DNA of 64,000 nucleotides from Octopus sinensis (lineage: Eukaryota), in contig NW_021832552.1 of assembly GCF_006345805.1 (NCBI RefSeq), positions 22,262-86,261 on the forward strand. Direction: 5' to 3'. A program made the translations under genes and the position numbers. Below, in pieces: positions 25,304-40,915 of the stretch (within the stretch, counting starts at the first letter, position 1; the number at the start of each line of letters is the position of its first letter). Below the pieces are notes generated by a model, which made no database searches, had not been told where the DNA came from, and saw nothing but the letters and a program-made list of their open reading frames with translations.

Positions 25304-25717
25304 GAAACGTGAGATGTAACATACGATAAACTTCGGAAGAGAATTGGCAACTCAAGGGAAGCATTTGAAAATGGAATTTACAAATAGATAATTGGAACGC
25401 AGTGGCGGTCTCGCTTGGCTGGGATCCTACTATTGTTTCCAAGAACTCACCGATCCAGGCCAACGCACATTACCTCATTCTACACACATTACCTCTATCC
25501 AGCGCACATTACCTCATACTGTATAAATCAATGACCACCCAACATTTTCACCTCGGCTTTCGAATGCAATTATTTTAATGTCTGGCCTTAAGTTCCATCG
25601 AATAGCCAGCTAAATTTGCGGATGAGAAATACACAGACCTTAATAGAATGCCTGTTTGCTGTAGAGAGCACTTTGAGATTTGGTACTACACCCGATTACT
25701 TGATTAAATCAAAGTAA

Positions 25718-26112
25718 TCTTTATATATAAAAGTCAAGTTGTGTGTCTGTCTCCAACGATTTAGATTCCTAACTACTCCCACATTTTGCGGTGCAGTTTA
25801 ACCAAAAGCGGGTATCTTATAGTCGTGATTCATATCGAGCCCTTCTGGGTATTAGATGCGTCTACGATGAGTTTACGATTTAAAAAAAAAATTACCATCA
25901 ATTTTTCACATTTTTAATGCATTTTCGCTCGGTTTATATAAGGGAAGTAACTCTCTAAAAATGTATTATTAAATCTCAGAACGTAAAAAGCTACAGCAAC
26001 CCCCCCTCTTGTGGTTAGCCATATTGAGATGGCTATTATACTTTACATCTCTAAAAATGCTTATATAGTTATTTTCCTTATAAATCCGAGCAACGCCGGG
26101 CGATACTGCTTG
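25718..26112 (+). mobile_element. Non-autonomous Helitron
   Basis: 5' TC-TTTATATATAAA; 3' hairpin CCGAGCAACGCCGGG followed by CTTG (degenerate CTAG). Confidence 0.75.
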
Positions 26113-26324
26113 TATCGAATAAATGGTTTGTTCAGAAACACAGTGTAGAAATTCCTATTGTGTATTTCAACATACGCGCTAGAAATTGTCATACCAATAT
26201 TTTAGCCTCTCGGTCATTTTGCTTGTATAAAACCTCGGCTTAGCCTGAGAATATCTCAGGTAAATGATTCCCCGTTGAGTGACCCGAATTCCTCTATCGC
26301 TGCAGTAATTATGAATCATGTCCA

Positions 26325-26952
26325 CGGCGGCGAGCTGGCAGAAACGTTAGCACGCTGGACGAAGTACTTAGCGGTATTTCGTAGTAAAGAAATAGAAATA
26401 GGTATTTCGTCTGCCGTTACGTTCTGAGTTCAAATTCCGCCGAGGTCGACTTTGCCTTTCATCCTTTCGGGGTCGATAAATTAAGTACCAGTTACGCACT
26501 GGGGTCGATATAATCGACTTAATCCGTTTGTCTGTCCTTGTTTGTCCCCTCTGTGTTTAGCCCCTTGTGGGTAGTAAAGAAATAGGTATTTCGTCCGTCT
26601 TAACGTTCTGAGTTCAAATTCTACCGAGATCGACTTTGCCTTTCATCTTTTCGGGGTCGATAAATTAAGTACCAGTTACACACTGGCGTCGATGTAATCG
26701 ACTTACTCCCTTTGTCTGTCTTTGTTTGTCCTCTCTATGTTTAGCCCTTGTGGGCAATAAAGAAATAAGAAACGTTAGCACATGATATTTCGTCTGTCTT
26801 TACGTTCTGAGTTCAAATTCTGCCGAGGTCGATTTTACCTTTCATCCTGTCGGGAGTCGATAAATTAAGTACTAGTTGCGTACTGGGATCGATATAATCG
26901 ACTGGCCCCCTCCCCAAAAATTTCGGGCCTTGTGCCCAGAGTAAAAAAGAAT
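26325..26952 (+). mobile_element. Head-to-tail cluster of three family B SINE bodies, the last with the alternative tail
   Basis: tRNA-like head GGCGGCGAGCTGGCAGAAACGTTAGCAC, B-box GAGTTCAAATTCC, and the Meta-like domain three times. Confidence 0.88.
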
Positions 26953-27489
26953 ATTGAATCATGTCTGAACGAAATGAAACACAAATTTCTTTGACACCAT
27001 TCACCATTCTTTGTTGGCTGTTCCTACAAAGTTAATGGAATTCACGAAATAAGATAAGTTCGCTGCAATGTTATTTTACGAATTTTATTAATTGTTGTTG
27101 TTATTGTTGTTTAGAATCATGTCTTCATCTTTCACTGAACAAAGAAAACATAAAAGGCCGTTCCATCCATGATCATCCGTCTTATTTTTTTATAAGATTA
27201 TATTATCCCGTCTGTCTATTTCTGTCTCGTGTTAGCTACATAGAACACCCCCCACTTTATTTCAAGTCCTTCACTTTTGTAGCAACGTGTTTTCTCGAGG
27301 CAGTAAACCTACACAGAGGAGAGAGAGAGAGAGAGAGAGAGTGTGTGTGTGTATGTGTATATATATGTGTATGTGTGTGTACATATATATATATATATAA
27401 TTATGCTGTAAAGTACATTTCGAGTTCTACAGTTAATACCAGGGCTAATCTTACATACCATGCAGTTATCATTGGTGCATATGGTATTC

Positions 27490-27920
27490 TTAAAGGGGTA
27501 CGTCCTACATAGTTGTGATCTGACGGAATTCCCTGGCTTTTCAACAATCTAAATGTTAAGTTTGGTCTCCTTCAGAGCTTTTCTAAATCTACGGGCTAGT
27601 TCTCTATGAGCTGTGGCCTCTACAAACATCACTCCTTGATATTTGTCGGTTTTATACCACGAGTTCGCCCTGTTTGCTTTGTCACAAATTCTTTGTATCC
27701 TATTCCAGTCTTTGTTTCTATATCTAGCGCAGGTACCACTGGGATCATTACGTATAATGTTGTCTAACTTCTTTCTAGCACCCCTGTATACTCGAACCCT
27801 ATCTTTCTGATCATATCCAGAGAACTGCATGCGGTGCATGAAGTTCTGTATATGTTTTATTATTTTTATTTCATAGGGTTCGTATAGTGGGGACACATTG
27901 TTCATTATTCTAACTAAGGT
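27490..27920 (-). mobile_element. Penelope-like element fragment (post-RT thumb/linker) of a different clade
   Basis: FMHRMQFSGY...W...VMFVEAT..RELARRFRKAL resembles the PLE thumb-linker region. Confidence 0.6.
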
Positions 27921-28554
27921 ATTTTATTTCTAATTAAAATACATTCACGAGTGGTAAGCGAATTATCAGCCATACAGGCAAATTAATAAAATATACACAT
28001 ACAATATTAGATCTATACACACACACACACACACACACAAATATACATACGCGCGCACGCAAAAATATATGTGTAAATATATGTATTTGTATTTGTGTTT
28101 GTGTGTGCATGTTTGTGTGTGTAAGAATTGGTGTAAAAATTATTACATTCGTTTATTTCCCAATAGTACGTAGATTTCTATTTCAGGTTGATATAATAAA
28201 CGAACTCTGATTCAATGAATGAAGGCATAACGGACGAACGAAGTCGTCAAGCGTCCGCCCCACGTCGCTATTATTAACGAAAACAGATATTAATAATAAC
28301 TAATTTTAATATTATTAATGAGGATAAATAAAGCAGGCAGCAGAAGAGAATGGGGGGGGGGAGACAGGAAAACAAAGAGGAAATGAATACGAGAGCAACA
28401 ATAGAGTCAGACTTCCAAAGTTCTAAAAGCTGAAGGTCAGTTATATGAGGATAAGAATTGGTCAAAGCAAAATACTTAATACGTAAAATCAAACTGACTG
28501 GGAAAAGAAGAATATGCAATTAAGAAAACAAAATCACTTCATACAGGCATACAT

Positions 28555-29220
<666 letters not shown>

Positions 29221-29224
29221 GATA

Positions 29225-30107
29225 CTGTAGCTAGGACACTCTATAATGAAATCCGTCGGAAGGATAACCCCGATGACAAAGAAAAGTAAGAACCCACAAT
29301 ATGGTAGAAGTCATAAGACAGACAGAGAAAAAAAGGTAGCAGTGGATGACTAAAATGATTTAAAACCGGAAACGGAGGCCCTAATCTGTGCTGCCCAAGA
29401 GCAAGCACTAAGAACAAACTACATAAAATACAGAATAGACAACACAGCAGAAAGTGATAAGTGCAGAATCTGTGGACAAAACGGTGAAACCGTATGGCAT
29501 ATTACCAGCCAATGTACGCCACTAGCCCAGAAGGAATATAAGAGACGCCACGACAATATAGTCAGGCTTGTCCATTGATCACTTTGCAACAAGTATGGAC
29601 TTGACAGAGCAAAAAATTGGTACGACCACAAACCTGAAGGCGTCGTCGAAAATAGAAATGCAAAGATCCTATGGAATTTTATGATTCAGTGCGACCATGA
29701 GATTGAGAATAGGAAGCCAGACATAGTCTCAATTAAGAAAGAAAACAAACCATGCTGGATCATAGATATAGCATGCCCAGCCGACAACAAGGTATGCGAT
29801 AAGGAAGAAAGAAAAGTCGAGAGATATGACACGTTAGCTTGGGAAGTTAAGCATTTGTAGTCGATGAAGAATGTAGTGGTAGTACCAATAACTGTCGGAG
29901 CCCTGGGAACAGTGAGAAAAAATCTCGAGAAGTACGTGGAACAAATAGGGGCTGCAATAAGGGTGGAGCACTTGCAGAAAACAGCACTGCTTGGAACAGC
30001 TCGAATACTCCGGAAGGTGCTCGAAAAATAAGAGGTGTTACCTTATTCACTGGTGGGGAACAGCTGAAACTGTAATACATGTCCAGCGTTAGAAGCTGTG
30101 CAAAGGC
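29225..30107 (+). mobile_element. R4/Dong-clade non-LTR retrotransposon 3' end (CCHC finger plus restriction-like endonuclease), pseudogenised, followed by (AAT)n
   Basis: ETEALICAAQEQALRTN, CRICGQNGETVWHITSQC, RRHDNI, RKPDIV..WIIDIACP, VVPITVGALG, LQKTALLGTARILRKVL, with internal stops. (TAA)n is the known Dong target. Confidence 0.9.
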
Positions 30108-30159
<52 letters not shown>

Positions 30160-30755
30160 GCAATAATAATAATAATACATATACAAAAAAAGTCATATGG
30201 CTGCAAGACAGACAATAGTGGGTAACGCGAAGGAGAAATGAAAACTATCCTAACGGACTATAGACAAGGGAGGTGTTACAGTGAGGAGCAAAGTGAATCG
30301 TGACCGGTCCGATCCAAGGCAACGCGAAAAAGAATGACACCGCTTCAGGTCATCACGGATCATGTGATAGTGGGAGGAGGGTAACAAGGAGGAAAAGAGA
30401 GGAAGAGAGAGAGAAATGTGAGAAAGAGAAGGGGAGCGAGAAAAAGAAAAGGGGAAGAAAGTTTGAGGGTGATAAAGTAAGAGTCGTACAAAATTTAGAT
30501 ACAACAAAATCAATTTTACATTAATCGAAGGGTTACTCCATACTTCTGTAGAATGCAAGTTTATTATTCTGCAACAAGAATGGTATTGACAGTAACTTGG
30601 ACGTTTCGGCAAGCTAAACCATCATCATATCTTCGTGTAGACTTATTATGCCTTGTCACACTGTTGCGCTAATTTGTCTGAATTTTAAAAGGTAAATGTG
30701 CAAATGATTGCGGAAATCTCAACTGTTTTGTTCTATTGTCAACATAGGCACAAGT

Positions 30756-31110
30756 TTATTTTTTCAGTCATTTTGGCTGCGGCCATGCTGGAGCACCGCC
30801 TTTAATCGAGCAACTCGACCCCGGGACTTATTCTTTGTAAGCCCATTACTTATTCTAACGGTCTCTTTTGCCGAACCGCTAAGTGACGGGGACATAAACA
30901 CCCCAGCATCGGTTGTCAAGCAATGCTAGGGGGACAAACACCGACACACAAACATACACGCACATACATATGTATACATACAATGTACGACGGGCTTCTT
31001 TCAGCTTCCGTCTACCAAATCCACTCACAAGGCTTTGGTCGGCACGAGGCTATAGCAGAAGACACTTGCCCAAGATGCCACGCAGTGGGACTGAACCCGG
31101 AACCATGTGG
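30756..31110 (-). mobile_element. SINE family A
   Basis: Consensus match. Confidence 0.85.
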
Positions 31111-31426
31111 TGAGAGAAATGATACAGATTAGTGGAGCGACTGAATGGAAGTTGCCAACTGCGCCATCTGCTACCATTGGCCAGCTGTCACCAATTTATA
31201 ATTTGCAAAGATGTTACTTATTTCTTCCATATTTAAATGACGTTGGAACACACTTCTAACCACTTACACTGGCATGCACGTGCATTTGTATATACTGTTG
31301 CTGACGAATTCCACTAAAAAAAAGGTTGGTTACGCTGTAGCCATTGTTGATGACTATGGCCACGACGTAAGACTATTAGCATTGAGTGAAGTCTAACACG
31401 AAACAACGAGGTTGCGAAACGAACTA

Positions 31427-31674
31427 TTGGGTTGGTGCATAATTATTGCGGCCTTTTTCAACAAATTTCATTGAACAAAAGCAATAACAACACGTAACAA
31501 AACATCTTTAAATGATTATTCCGGAGCATATTCACCATCTACTTCAATTACTGCTTCCCATTTGCTTGGCGGATGGTCAGACCGTCATTTAAAGATGTTT
31601 CTGTTAAATATTGTTATTGTTTTTGTTGAATAAACTTTATTGAAAAAAGCCGCAATAATTATGCACCAACCCAA
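31427..31674. mobile_element. mariner-type MITE (internal deletion derivative)
   Basis: TIR TTGGGTTGGTGCATAATTATTGCGGC; the internal minus-strand KWEAVIEVDGEY matches a mariner transposase C-terminus. Confidence 0.85.
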
Positions 31675-31701
31675 CACTTAACCATATAGCTATGTCAGCA
31701 T

Positions 31702-32110
31702 ACTCTTTTACACTTTTACTTGTTTCAGTCATTTGACTGCGGCCATGCTGGAGCACCGCCTTTAGTCGAGCAACTCGACCCCGGGACTTATTCTTTGTAA
31801 GCCCAGTACTTATTCTATCGGTCTCTTTTGCCGAACCGCTAAGTGACGGGGACATAAACACACCAGCATCGGTTGTCAAGCAATGCTAGGGGGACAAACA
31901 CAGACACACAAACATATACACACACACCTATATATATATATATATACATATATACGACAGGCTTCTTTCAGTTTCCGTCTGCCAAATCCACTCACAAGGC
32001 ATTGGTCGGCCTGGGGCTATAGCAGAAGACACTTGCCCAAGATTCCACGCAGTGGGACTGAACCCGGAACCATGTGGTTGGTAAGCAAGCTACTTACCAC
32101 ACAGCCACTC
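31702..32110 (-). mobile_element. SINE family A, near full length
   Basis: Consensus match including the tRNA head. Confidence 0.9.
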
Positions 32111-32409
32111 AAAATTTTTGAAATGAGAAACAAACTACAAGACGAGGAAATGAAGAATAAGTAAGCAAAAATACATTATTATTAAACAATTAAATCAACT
32201 AAATTAATGAATAATAAATAACATAAATATGAAATAACAAACAACAAATAAGTCTTAAAAACTAAATTAAGACATATTTATGTGAGGTAAGTTCTGAAGG
32301 TTTCGGATGGCCCCTTCCTTGCAGAAGGGTTTTTGCACAAAGGGTCCAACAATATTTTAGTACTCATTATGCTATTGATATGTACACGTAATACTGAGTC
32401 GTAATACGC

Positions 32410-33675
<1,266 letters not shown>

Positions 33676-33789
33676 ATGCATACATAAAGATTCATGCATA
33701 CACACATAAATACATACATATACATATACGTAAATACACACACACATGCATACATACACACACACACACACACATTTATATATATATAT

Positions 33790-33949
33790 ATAGGTGCATG
33801 AGTGGCTATGTGGTAAGTAACTTGATTACCAGCCACATGGTCCCGAGTTCAGTCCCACTGCGTGGCACATTGACCAAGTATTATAACCTCGAGCCGACCA
33901 AAGCCTTGTGAGTGGATTTAGTAGACGGAAACTGAAAGTAACCCGTCGT

Positions 33950-33980
<31 letters not shown>

Positions 33981-34992
33981 ATATATATAAAACCAGCTTA
34001 GAGAAGAAGAAGAAGAAACGAAACGAAACCAAACGAATCGAATCGAATCGACGCGAAGGCGCTCAGTCATACAATAGTGTAATAAATAAAATATGCATAC
34101 AAACAAACATATATGTACGTACCTACATCTACATGTATATATACATGCATATATAATATATATTACGTGTGTACAGGACATCACAAATAGACGTAGAACT
34201 CAACGAGAAATGAAAACGTAAAAACAGAATGGAACGGACCATTTTTTAACAAACGACAAACAGAGTACAAGACAACTATACAAGGAAAAAAATCCCCTTC
34301 ATCAGCTGTCCCAAGTTCAACTCCAGCGTGTTTCGAAGATGGGAGAACACGTCTCGTCGAACTAATCCTTCCTGCGAAAGAATTAAATAAAATTTCCTTT
34401 GCAGAGGGGTAAAAAAACAAGGGGAAAAATGTGACAAAAACAGGACGTAAAAACAATACAATTAAAAACAAATACAAAATAAAATACAATTACAAAAAGT
34501 ACAGTACAAGAAGGAATGAAACAGGACAGGAAAACCCAAAAAGAGGCCTCTAAGCCTAGACGAGGAAAAAAATTTTCACGAGCGCAGGAAGAAACATGTT
34601 TACTTGAATAAGGCCGCATATACACACACCACACATACATATATTATATATATATATTATATAATTATATATATAATATATATATATATATAATATATGT
34701 GTGTGTGTGTGTGTGGTGTGTGTGTGTGTGTGTGGTGTGTGTGTGTGTGTGTGTGTGTGATATATATATATATATATATATATGTTTATGTATATGTGTG
34801 TGTCTGTGTTTGTACCCCTCCCCCCACCATTACTTGACAACCGATGTTGGTGTGCTTACGTCCCTGTAACCTAGCGGACAGACTAAGTACTAGGCAAAAG
34901 AGTAAGTCATGTGGACGATTTGTTCGACTAAAGGCGGTGCTCCAGCATGGCCGCAGTCAGATGACAGAAATAAAAAAAAAAGAATAAAAGAA
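33790..34992 (+). mobile_element. SINE family A split by insertions into its internal microsatellite
   Basis: The 5' half is at 33790-33950 and the 3' half at 34790-34992. Confidence 0.7.
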
Positions 34993-35423
34993 TATATGCA
35001 CACACGCCGACACATAAACTTAGTCGTATATTTCCATTCACAGCTGATGAATCATCGTGTAGATTGTCTATATAAAAACCTGTTACTACAAGAGTCACGC
35101 AGCCTTGGCCTATATTCCACGGAATAAAGGCTATTGATTTATGATGGCGCGTTCACACTGTATTCAACTGTTTCTGAGTGGTTATAAAATTGAGTCAAAT
35201 GAACTAAAATAGTTTTAATCAAGAGTTAAAACTACCTTGAGCTTGGAAATTTGATGAATGTTCATTCTATGATAGTTCTGTCCAATCTTTACAGCAGTGA
35301 TTCACAACGCACAAGGTTCATACTAAAAGGGATTCACATTTTTTTTTCTTTGTCAATAACGTACTTTTTTTTTTTATTCAGTACTTAATAAGACTTACCG
35401 GTAGTTTCTTTAGTATTAAATAA

Positions 35424-35660
35424 GGATCTTTTCGGTTTGAACGGCAGTTTTTTTCTAGCGGTGTCATATGAAATTGTCACCCATAATTATGACCCTAGTA
35501 TCGATCTATTGCATTTCAATCTATTTTAGGGTTAGGGTTAGAGTTAGGGTTAGTTAGGGTTAGTTAGGGTTAGGGTTAGGGTTAGGGTTAGGGGTAGGGG
35601 GGAGGGTATCTTTTTTTCTTCACAAATATAAATAAACCCAATCTGTTCCTTAAACGAGAA
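35424..35660 (+). mobile_element. Truncated Merlin-like MITE with an expanded (TTAGGG)n tract
   Basis: The left TIR is present; about 10 TTAGGG-like units lie at 35526-35592. Confidence 0.85.
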
Positions 35661-35666
35661 CAGAGA

Positions 35667-35897
35667 AAGACACTTTATTTCACGTTGTTCCAGTCCAATC
35701 AGCTGGCAAAAATGAGTAGTACCTGTATTTCAAAGGGCCGGCCTTGTCACACCCTGTGTCACGCTGAATCTCCCAGAGAACTACGTTAAGGGTACAGGCG
35801 TCTGTGGAGTGCTCAGCCACTTGCACTTTAATAAATGAGCAGGCTGTTCCGTTGATCGTATCAGCTGGGACCTCGTCATCGTAACCGACAGAGTGCT
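35667..35897 (+). mobile_element. SINE family D, 3' part
   Basis: Matches the reverse complement of 40916-41138. Confidence 0.75.
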
Positions 35898-37576
35898 CCT
35901 ATATTATACATTAATCTATATTTCAGATTACTCTGTTGAGTTACCGTACTCTTATAAAGATGCCGCTGTTAGCTGAATGTATAACCTCTGTATACCAGTC
36001 CCAAAATTTGAAAGAAAAAAAAAAAGGAAAAAACACGAGAAAATTTTTCTTTTTTTATAGCTCAATATGACAATTTTATCGATACGCATAGTTTTCAACA
36101 GAAATATTTGACCACGAAAGGATGAAAAACAAAGTCGACCTTGGCGGAATTTGAACTCAGAACGTAACGGCAGACGAAATACGGCTGCGCATTTCGCCCG
36201 GCGTGCTAACGTTTCTGCCAGCTCAAACTGGAAAAATAATAAGCAAATAGAGAAAAGGTTCAGGTTCCGTTGAGTCCCAAAATGCAATTTATAGGCGTAA
36301 AATGGTCATTCTGTTTTGATATGTGCGTGTGCGTTTGCGTATCAAAATATCATAATCATGGTTTGGTTTACCATAACATGTGTAACACTTTTGACCCCTA
36401 TTACGCTTAGCTGGACCGGGAATCAACAATGCATGACCACTTCCCGTCACTTAAACTGAAGCATGAACTTTTATGCAAATATGTGTGTGTGCGTGTGCAT
36501 GCGTGCGTGCGTGCGTGCGTGTGTGCGTGCGTGCGTGTGAAGTAAGAATGGTGAAATTACAAAGTAAAATAAAAATTAAAACAACCCGATAAAACCTAAA
36601 GCAAAAACTTAAAGATAATTCCACTCTCTTGCAATTTTAACGGTTTTTCTTGAGGAAACTATTTTCTGGTGTATATCCAATTGCCTTTCTTTTTAATAGA
36701 CGAGATTTAGCATTTTATTGTTTCAAAGCTAATCAGTTTGAGTTTCTTGCCCAGGTAAAATAGAATGGAAGTTGTAGGAAGTTGATGACATCAAAGTTCT
36801 TCAAATTGACTGATGTAGCTTTCTACTGTCCACCCCTGCACCCAGAAGACCTTTTGAAACTAACCAACTTCAGCTACATAAAAAAGTTATTAGAGACGTG
36901 TCAAATTTGAAAGTGCTGCTACCTTCACAAGCATCATGCCGTAGTAAAACTGGAACGTAATGCACAGAACTATGTAAATGTTCAGGTTACCAGAGCTTAG
37001 AAGATAAAACTGCATTATTTTGTTGTGTCTGGGGAGAGTTATTTTCTTTTTGTGCCTTATACTGTAACACACTTACCGGTAAAATTTCCACTTTTTTCTT
37101 ATTTTTATTTTCCTAAAATTTAATAAACTATACATGTAAAAACCCCATATGTACTACAGACGTTTTGTTCTAGAAGTTTGTGCAGCAATACCCCAGAAGT
37201 GACTTAGCATATGCTCCAGTGACCAGAAGTAACCATTTCACTAACGTATAATGCTATTACTTACGATCAATTTTCATCGAACACATGTTTAAAAAATTAT
37301 TGAACGCCCACTGAACAATTTGGGGACAATGATAATTTTGTTATACAAAAATCTGACATTGAACAGATGTCATTTGGCCTATATATGTTTCATTATGAGA
37401 ACTGTATCAAATATGTATGCATAGTTATAATAAACAATTTTCCTTTATTGATGGAACATTGAGGGAGGGTAGCTAATAATAAAGGTATCGATTTGAAAAT
37501 TATAGAAACAGCCGGTGATTGAGATGTACCTATATGCCTTACAGTCGGTCATTGCTCAATATCTTTCTATTCATAT

Positions 37577-38040
37577 TCTGCCAAGGTCAACTTTGCCTTT
37601 CATCCTTTCGGGGTCGACAAATAAAACGCCAGTTGCGTACTGGGGTCGATTTAATCGACTGGTTCCCTTCCCCAAAATTTCGGGTCTTGTGCTTAAAGTA
37701 GAAAAGAATACCCTATTCTGTCGCCAGTGCGTATCTGGTACTTAATTTATCGACTCCGAAAGAATGAAAGACAAAGTCGACCTCGGCGGAATTTGAACTC
37801 AGAACGTAGAGACAGACGAAATACCTATTTCTTTACTACCCACAAGGGGCTAAACACAGAGAGGGCAAACAAGGACAGAAAAACGGATTAAGTCGATTAT
37901 ATCGACCCCAGTGCGTAACTGGTACTTAATTTATCGACCCCGAAAGGATGAAAGGCAAAGTCGACCTCGGCGGAATTTGAACTCAGAACGTAGCGGCAGA
38001 CGAAATACCAATAAGCATTTCGCCCAGCGTGCTAACGTTT
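37577..38040. mobile_element. Tail-to-tail family B SINE cluster (+ 37577-37710; - 37724-38040)
   Basis: The Meta-like domain occurs in both orientations. Confidence 0.8.
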
Positions 38041-38943
38041 CTACTATTAGTAATATCGGTAAATATGCAATCAAGGTGTAACACGGATGAGGCGCATACT
38101 ATCAGGGTTATCACCTCTTGCTAGGGGATAACCCTGCCAAAATGTGGCTTTTGTTCACTGGGTATAGTAGAGGTAATAGGACAGGTATTCTACAGTTCTA
38201 TATTTTCTTCAATCGCCATACTTCAACACTTAAGGTTGTATATCCTTGAAAGTTTTAGTTTGGACGATGGTGATGCCATTGAACTGTGCCTCTCCCTCAT
38301 ATTGAAGTAATTTCCATTAGAATAGCACTCACCTTCATCGTATTATTGTACGGCAGGTACGCCGGAGCTGGATCCGGTTCATACCGGTTCGCGCAACCCG
38401 GTTGTTAATTTTCTTTTAAACTAGAACTTCCATGTTGCATTTTTGCAGTAAACATTGTCGTCATGGGAAAATTTGCTACATTATTTTCGATGTGGCGTAA
38501 ATTTTTAATGCGTTTCTACCATAAATTTTCTCCTGTAAGAAATATGGCCGCCAGCTATTTTGGCTGTATTATTTAAGAAAATGCAAGCGAGGTATCTTGA
38601 TTGAACATTCATTCAGTCTAGTCTACAATTTGCGTGTTAGGAAGGAAAAAAGAAGTATCTTTGTTGGGAAAATTACAAACAATGTTAGTAAAGGCGTGAG
38701 TAAAGCAATAATTTTTTAGTTTGTAGAAGTTTTCGAACGATGTTAATGCGACTGATTTTAAAAAATTATTTTAGGTGTTTTATCTCGGGAGAATATGTTC
38801 AAACAAAGTACTTATTTGACATTACTTAATATAAACCCGCCAGTCTGCAGGGACAATTCGTTTGGGCCTTTAATGTTTTCAAGTGAAAGTGTGAGGAAAT
38901 ACTCACTAGTGGACATATGTAAGTATGATATAAATGATTCTCG

Positions 38944-39031
<88 letters not shown>

Positions 39032-39032
39032 T

Positions 39033-39412
39033 GGATCAAAGCAGTTTGATTCAAATTCGTTGGTACTCTTGAGTTTCAAGCGTGAATGACAGAAGTTGAT
39101 CGTTATGACCGTAAGGTGGGCTGCGATTGGTCGAGCAAGGTCACGTGGTGTCATGGTTGGCTGTTGTTGTATGGGTAACAGTTGGAAAATACCACATGGT
39201 GAACAGGAAACTGACCACATGTAGGACATGAAATAGACGTCGCAGTGGTTTTGGAAATCGGCCAGGTTGTTGGGGGGCGGGAGAAGTAAAAAAGGGCAGC
39301 ATGTGCAGATATGTAGTTCTATCTGCAGGTGCGCAGACACGCTCATAAGGTTTTGTGTGCATGTATGTATTGATGCGACCGTGCGACCGTACATGGGCGC
39401 GCACGCGCTCGT

Positions 39413-39455
<43 letters not shown>

Positions 39456-40435
39456 GACGAATGCGCACGTGCGCACACAAACACACATACGCGTGCATAC
39501 GCACACGTGAACACACATACACGCATGCACGTACACACTTATGCGAATTCATTCATATGTATATATGCATATTCGCATGCATGTACGCATTCATACCAGT
39601 GTGCGCACGCACGCGCATGCGCATGAACATGTGAATTCGAGCGCGCGTGCGTGAGTATACTAGCGCAAAACAAGCGTTGGGGATTGGTAAGTGCTGGGAA
39701 TTCGTAAGCATAGGGGATTGGCATGCGTTGGGGGTTGGTAAACATTGGGGATTGGTAATTGGTGGTCCTGTTTCTGGGGTTGGTTCGTAGCGGTGATCAA
39801 ACGCTTGTTTTGCACGTGTAAACTCACGCATGCGCGCACGAATGCACATGTGTACGCATACACTGGCATTCATGCGAATATACATATGTACGCATGAATA
39901 AATATGCATGTGCGTGCGTGTGTGCACCCATGTATGTGTATCCATGTGAGCGAATGCACGTGTATGTATGTGCGTGTGTGCGCTCGTCCAAGTGTGTGTA
40001 TGTGTGTGTGTGTGTGTGTGCAGAGGTGCGCGTGAGCGACCATGTACAGATGTGCACGATCGCATCAATTACACACATGCACACAAAACCATATGAGCAC
40101 GTCTACATACCCTCATATAGAACTATATACTTGCAAATGCCACCCCTTGCCACTCTCCCCCTCCAAAAAAAACCTGACCGATTCCAAAACCACCACGTGG
40201 TCTATTTCCTGTCCTCCACGTGGTCAATTTCCTGTTCATAATGCGGTTTCTCCAGCTAACTGTTATCCATATCCCAACATCAAATCACCACACCGCGTGA
40301 CCTTCCTCGACCATCGCAGCCCACCTTACGGTTATAATAATCAACTTCTATCATTCAAATTCAAAACGGCTAACGACTAGCATCACACTTGAAACTCAAG
40401 AGTACCAACGAATTTGAATCAAACTGTTTTGATCC
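39033..40435. mobile_element. 1.4-kb foldback-like element with long imperfect TIRs
   Basis: GGATCAAAGCAGTTTGATTCAAATTCGTTGGTACTCTTGAGTTTCAAG matches its reverse complement at 40388-40435. Similarity continues for about 600 bp per arm, around central G-rich 20-bp repeats. Confidence 0.8.
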
Positions 40436-40548
40436 ATACCTGTAATTCCCAATAAATTTGTTGAGCACCCTTCTTTCGTTTGTCCACTTACTCGTATATA
40501 TCTACACACACGCACACACACACACACACACTTACAAATATATATATA

Positions 40549-40915
40549 CAGGAGTTGGACAAAATAATTGAAACACCTTAAAATTTCAAACAAATATATT
40601 TTAATATGGGGTAGACTGCCTTTGGCAGTAATTACATCTTGAATTCTAAGAGGTATGGACTCGTACAAAGTTTGAATTGTTTCCAAAGGAATTTTTGTCC
40701 ATTCTTCAGCTAAAACAGTCTCCAGTTCTTGTAGTGATGATGGTGGAGGATATCGACTCCTTACTTGGTTTTCTAAAATGCACCATAAATGTTCAATAAT
40801 ATTGAGATCTGGGGACTGTAGTTCCTAGAAAGTTCCTCGTGCCATTCAGTAATAACTTTAGCTGTGTGAATTGGTTTATTATCATCCTGAAAGATTACGT
40901 TTTTCTCCGGAAATC
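40549..40915 (-). mobile_element. Tc1 transposon 3' fragment
   Basis: FQDDNKPIHTAK, SPDLNIIEHLW and LYESIPLRIQDVITAKG; the TIR CAGGAGTTGGACAAAATAA follows TA. Confidence 0.88.

Noticed and set aside
35526-35592. True telomere or chromosome-fusion scar
   Set aside because: The TTAGGG tract is internal to a MITE seen three times in the window.
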